Shown here in pieces: positions 63,611 to 64,000 of a stretch of DNA of 64,000 nucleotides; the first letter of the stretch is position 1; each line of letters begins with the position of its first letter. Below the pieces are notes generated by a model, which ran no database searches, was not told the DNA's origin, and saw only the letters and a list, made by a program, of their open reading frames with translations. The position numbers and the translations under genes are program-made. This DNA is from Candidatus Poribacteria bacterium (GTDB taxonomy: Bacteria; Poribacteria; WGA-4E; WGA-3G). The DNA lies in contig CAXXUA010000005.1 of the NCBI GenBank assembly GCA_963663765.2, forward strand, positions 1,376,001-1,440,000. Reading direction: 5' to 3'.

Positions 63611-63836
63611 ATCTTACTTTCCGCACTTGTTTTGAGATATTTTTATAATATTAGCATAAACCCGCGTCAAACAAGGATTCGCACACAATAATGGAGATCT
63701 CGTGTTCTAAATTTTGAGACTGGATTCAACTTGTTTTTGAATCTTTAATATTGAAAATGTTTGCTGAACTTAGGCTACGTAAGGGTTTATCACATTAATA
63801 TCAAAAAACGCAAATTTAAAGTGCGGAAAGTAGGTA
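63611..63836. mobile_element. MITE family H, inverted copy
   Basis: Reverse complement aligns with 12314-12541. Confidence 0.72.
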
Positions 63837-63858
63837 AAATGTAATGTAAATTTAGCAT

Positions 63859-64000
63859 TCAAACAGTAATCGCTTTTCGCACACATTCTTTCACTGCATT
63901 ACAGTCAGAATCTGACAAATGCCCAATGACTGCCAGCAGTTCTCTCTGTGGTAGTGTCACAAGGAAAGTTCTGAACGCACTCGGTTTTCGAAGACCTGCT
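63859..64000 (-). CDS. C-terminal part of a PemK/MazF-like toxin (truncated by window edge)
   Basis: Manual translation AGLRKPSAFRTFLVTL...IGHLSDSD...VKECVRKAITV-stop resembles MazF/PemK C-termini. Confidence 0.6.
   Translation of the reverse strand, partial: AGLRKPSAFRTFLVTLPQRELLAVIGHLSDSDCNAVKECVRKAITV

Noticed and set aside
1-64000. RAYT/IS200 or DDE transposase, tRNA, rRNA genes; numerous short antisense ORFs
   Set aside because: No HUH/Y1 or DDE motifs or RNA gene signatures recognised; short ORFs overlapping well-supported genes are treated as shadows

Overview
Bacterial chromosomal window with AT-rich intergenic DNA. The gene content is suggestive of Candidatus Poribacteria (inference): sulfatases, a dockerin-fused ABC binding protein, LamG and TolB-like secreted proteins ending in a shared KLxxxWxxxK tail, and FRG+TPR. 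It holds about 45 real CDSs, including asd, mtnK, rfbB, ggt, an aspartate aminotransferase, a DnaJ-class chaperone and three sulfatases. No rRNA, tRNA, CRISPR array or intact DDE/RAYT transposase was recognised. Intergenic DNA is dominated by nested non-autonomous repeats: about ten GTAG/GTGG REP-like hairpin families carried inside TIR-bounded MITEs (some with clear 5-, 8- and 9/10-bp target duplications), several expanded into satellite-like arrays. Best leads: (1) an Rpn/YhgA-type PD-(D/E)XK nuclease gene followed by three intact, variant copies of its own separately translatable C-terminal (RpnS-like antitoxin) module; (2) a ~36-bp hairpin micro-element that repeatedly inserts at C^G steps inside other palindromic repeats, with filled and empty sites both visible; (3) a conserved C-terminal putative sorting motif on seven secreted proteins of four unrelated families; (4) an A13 tract in a sigma70 promoter spacer (possible phase variation); (5) a frameshift-split FRG-TPR gene downstream of a MazF-like toxin. 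All coordinates and alignments were read by eye.
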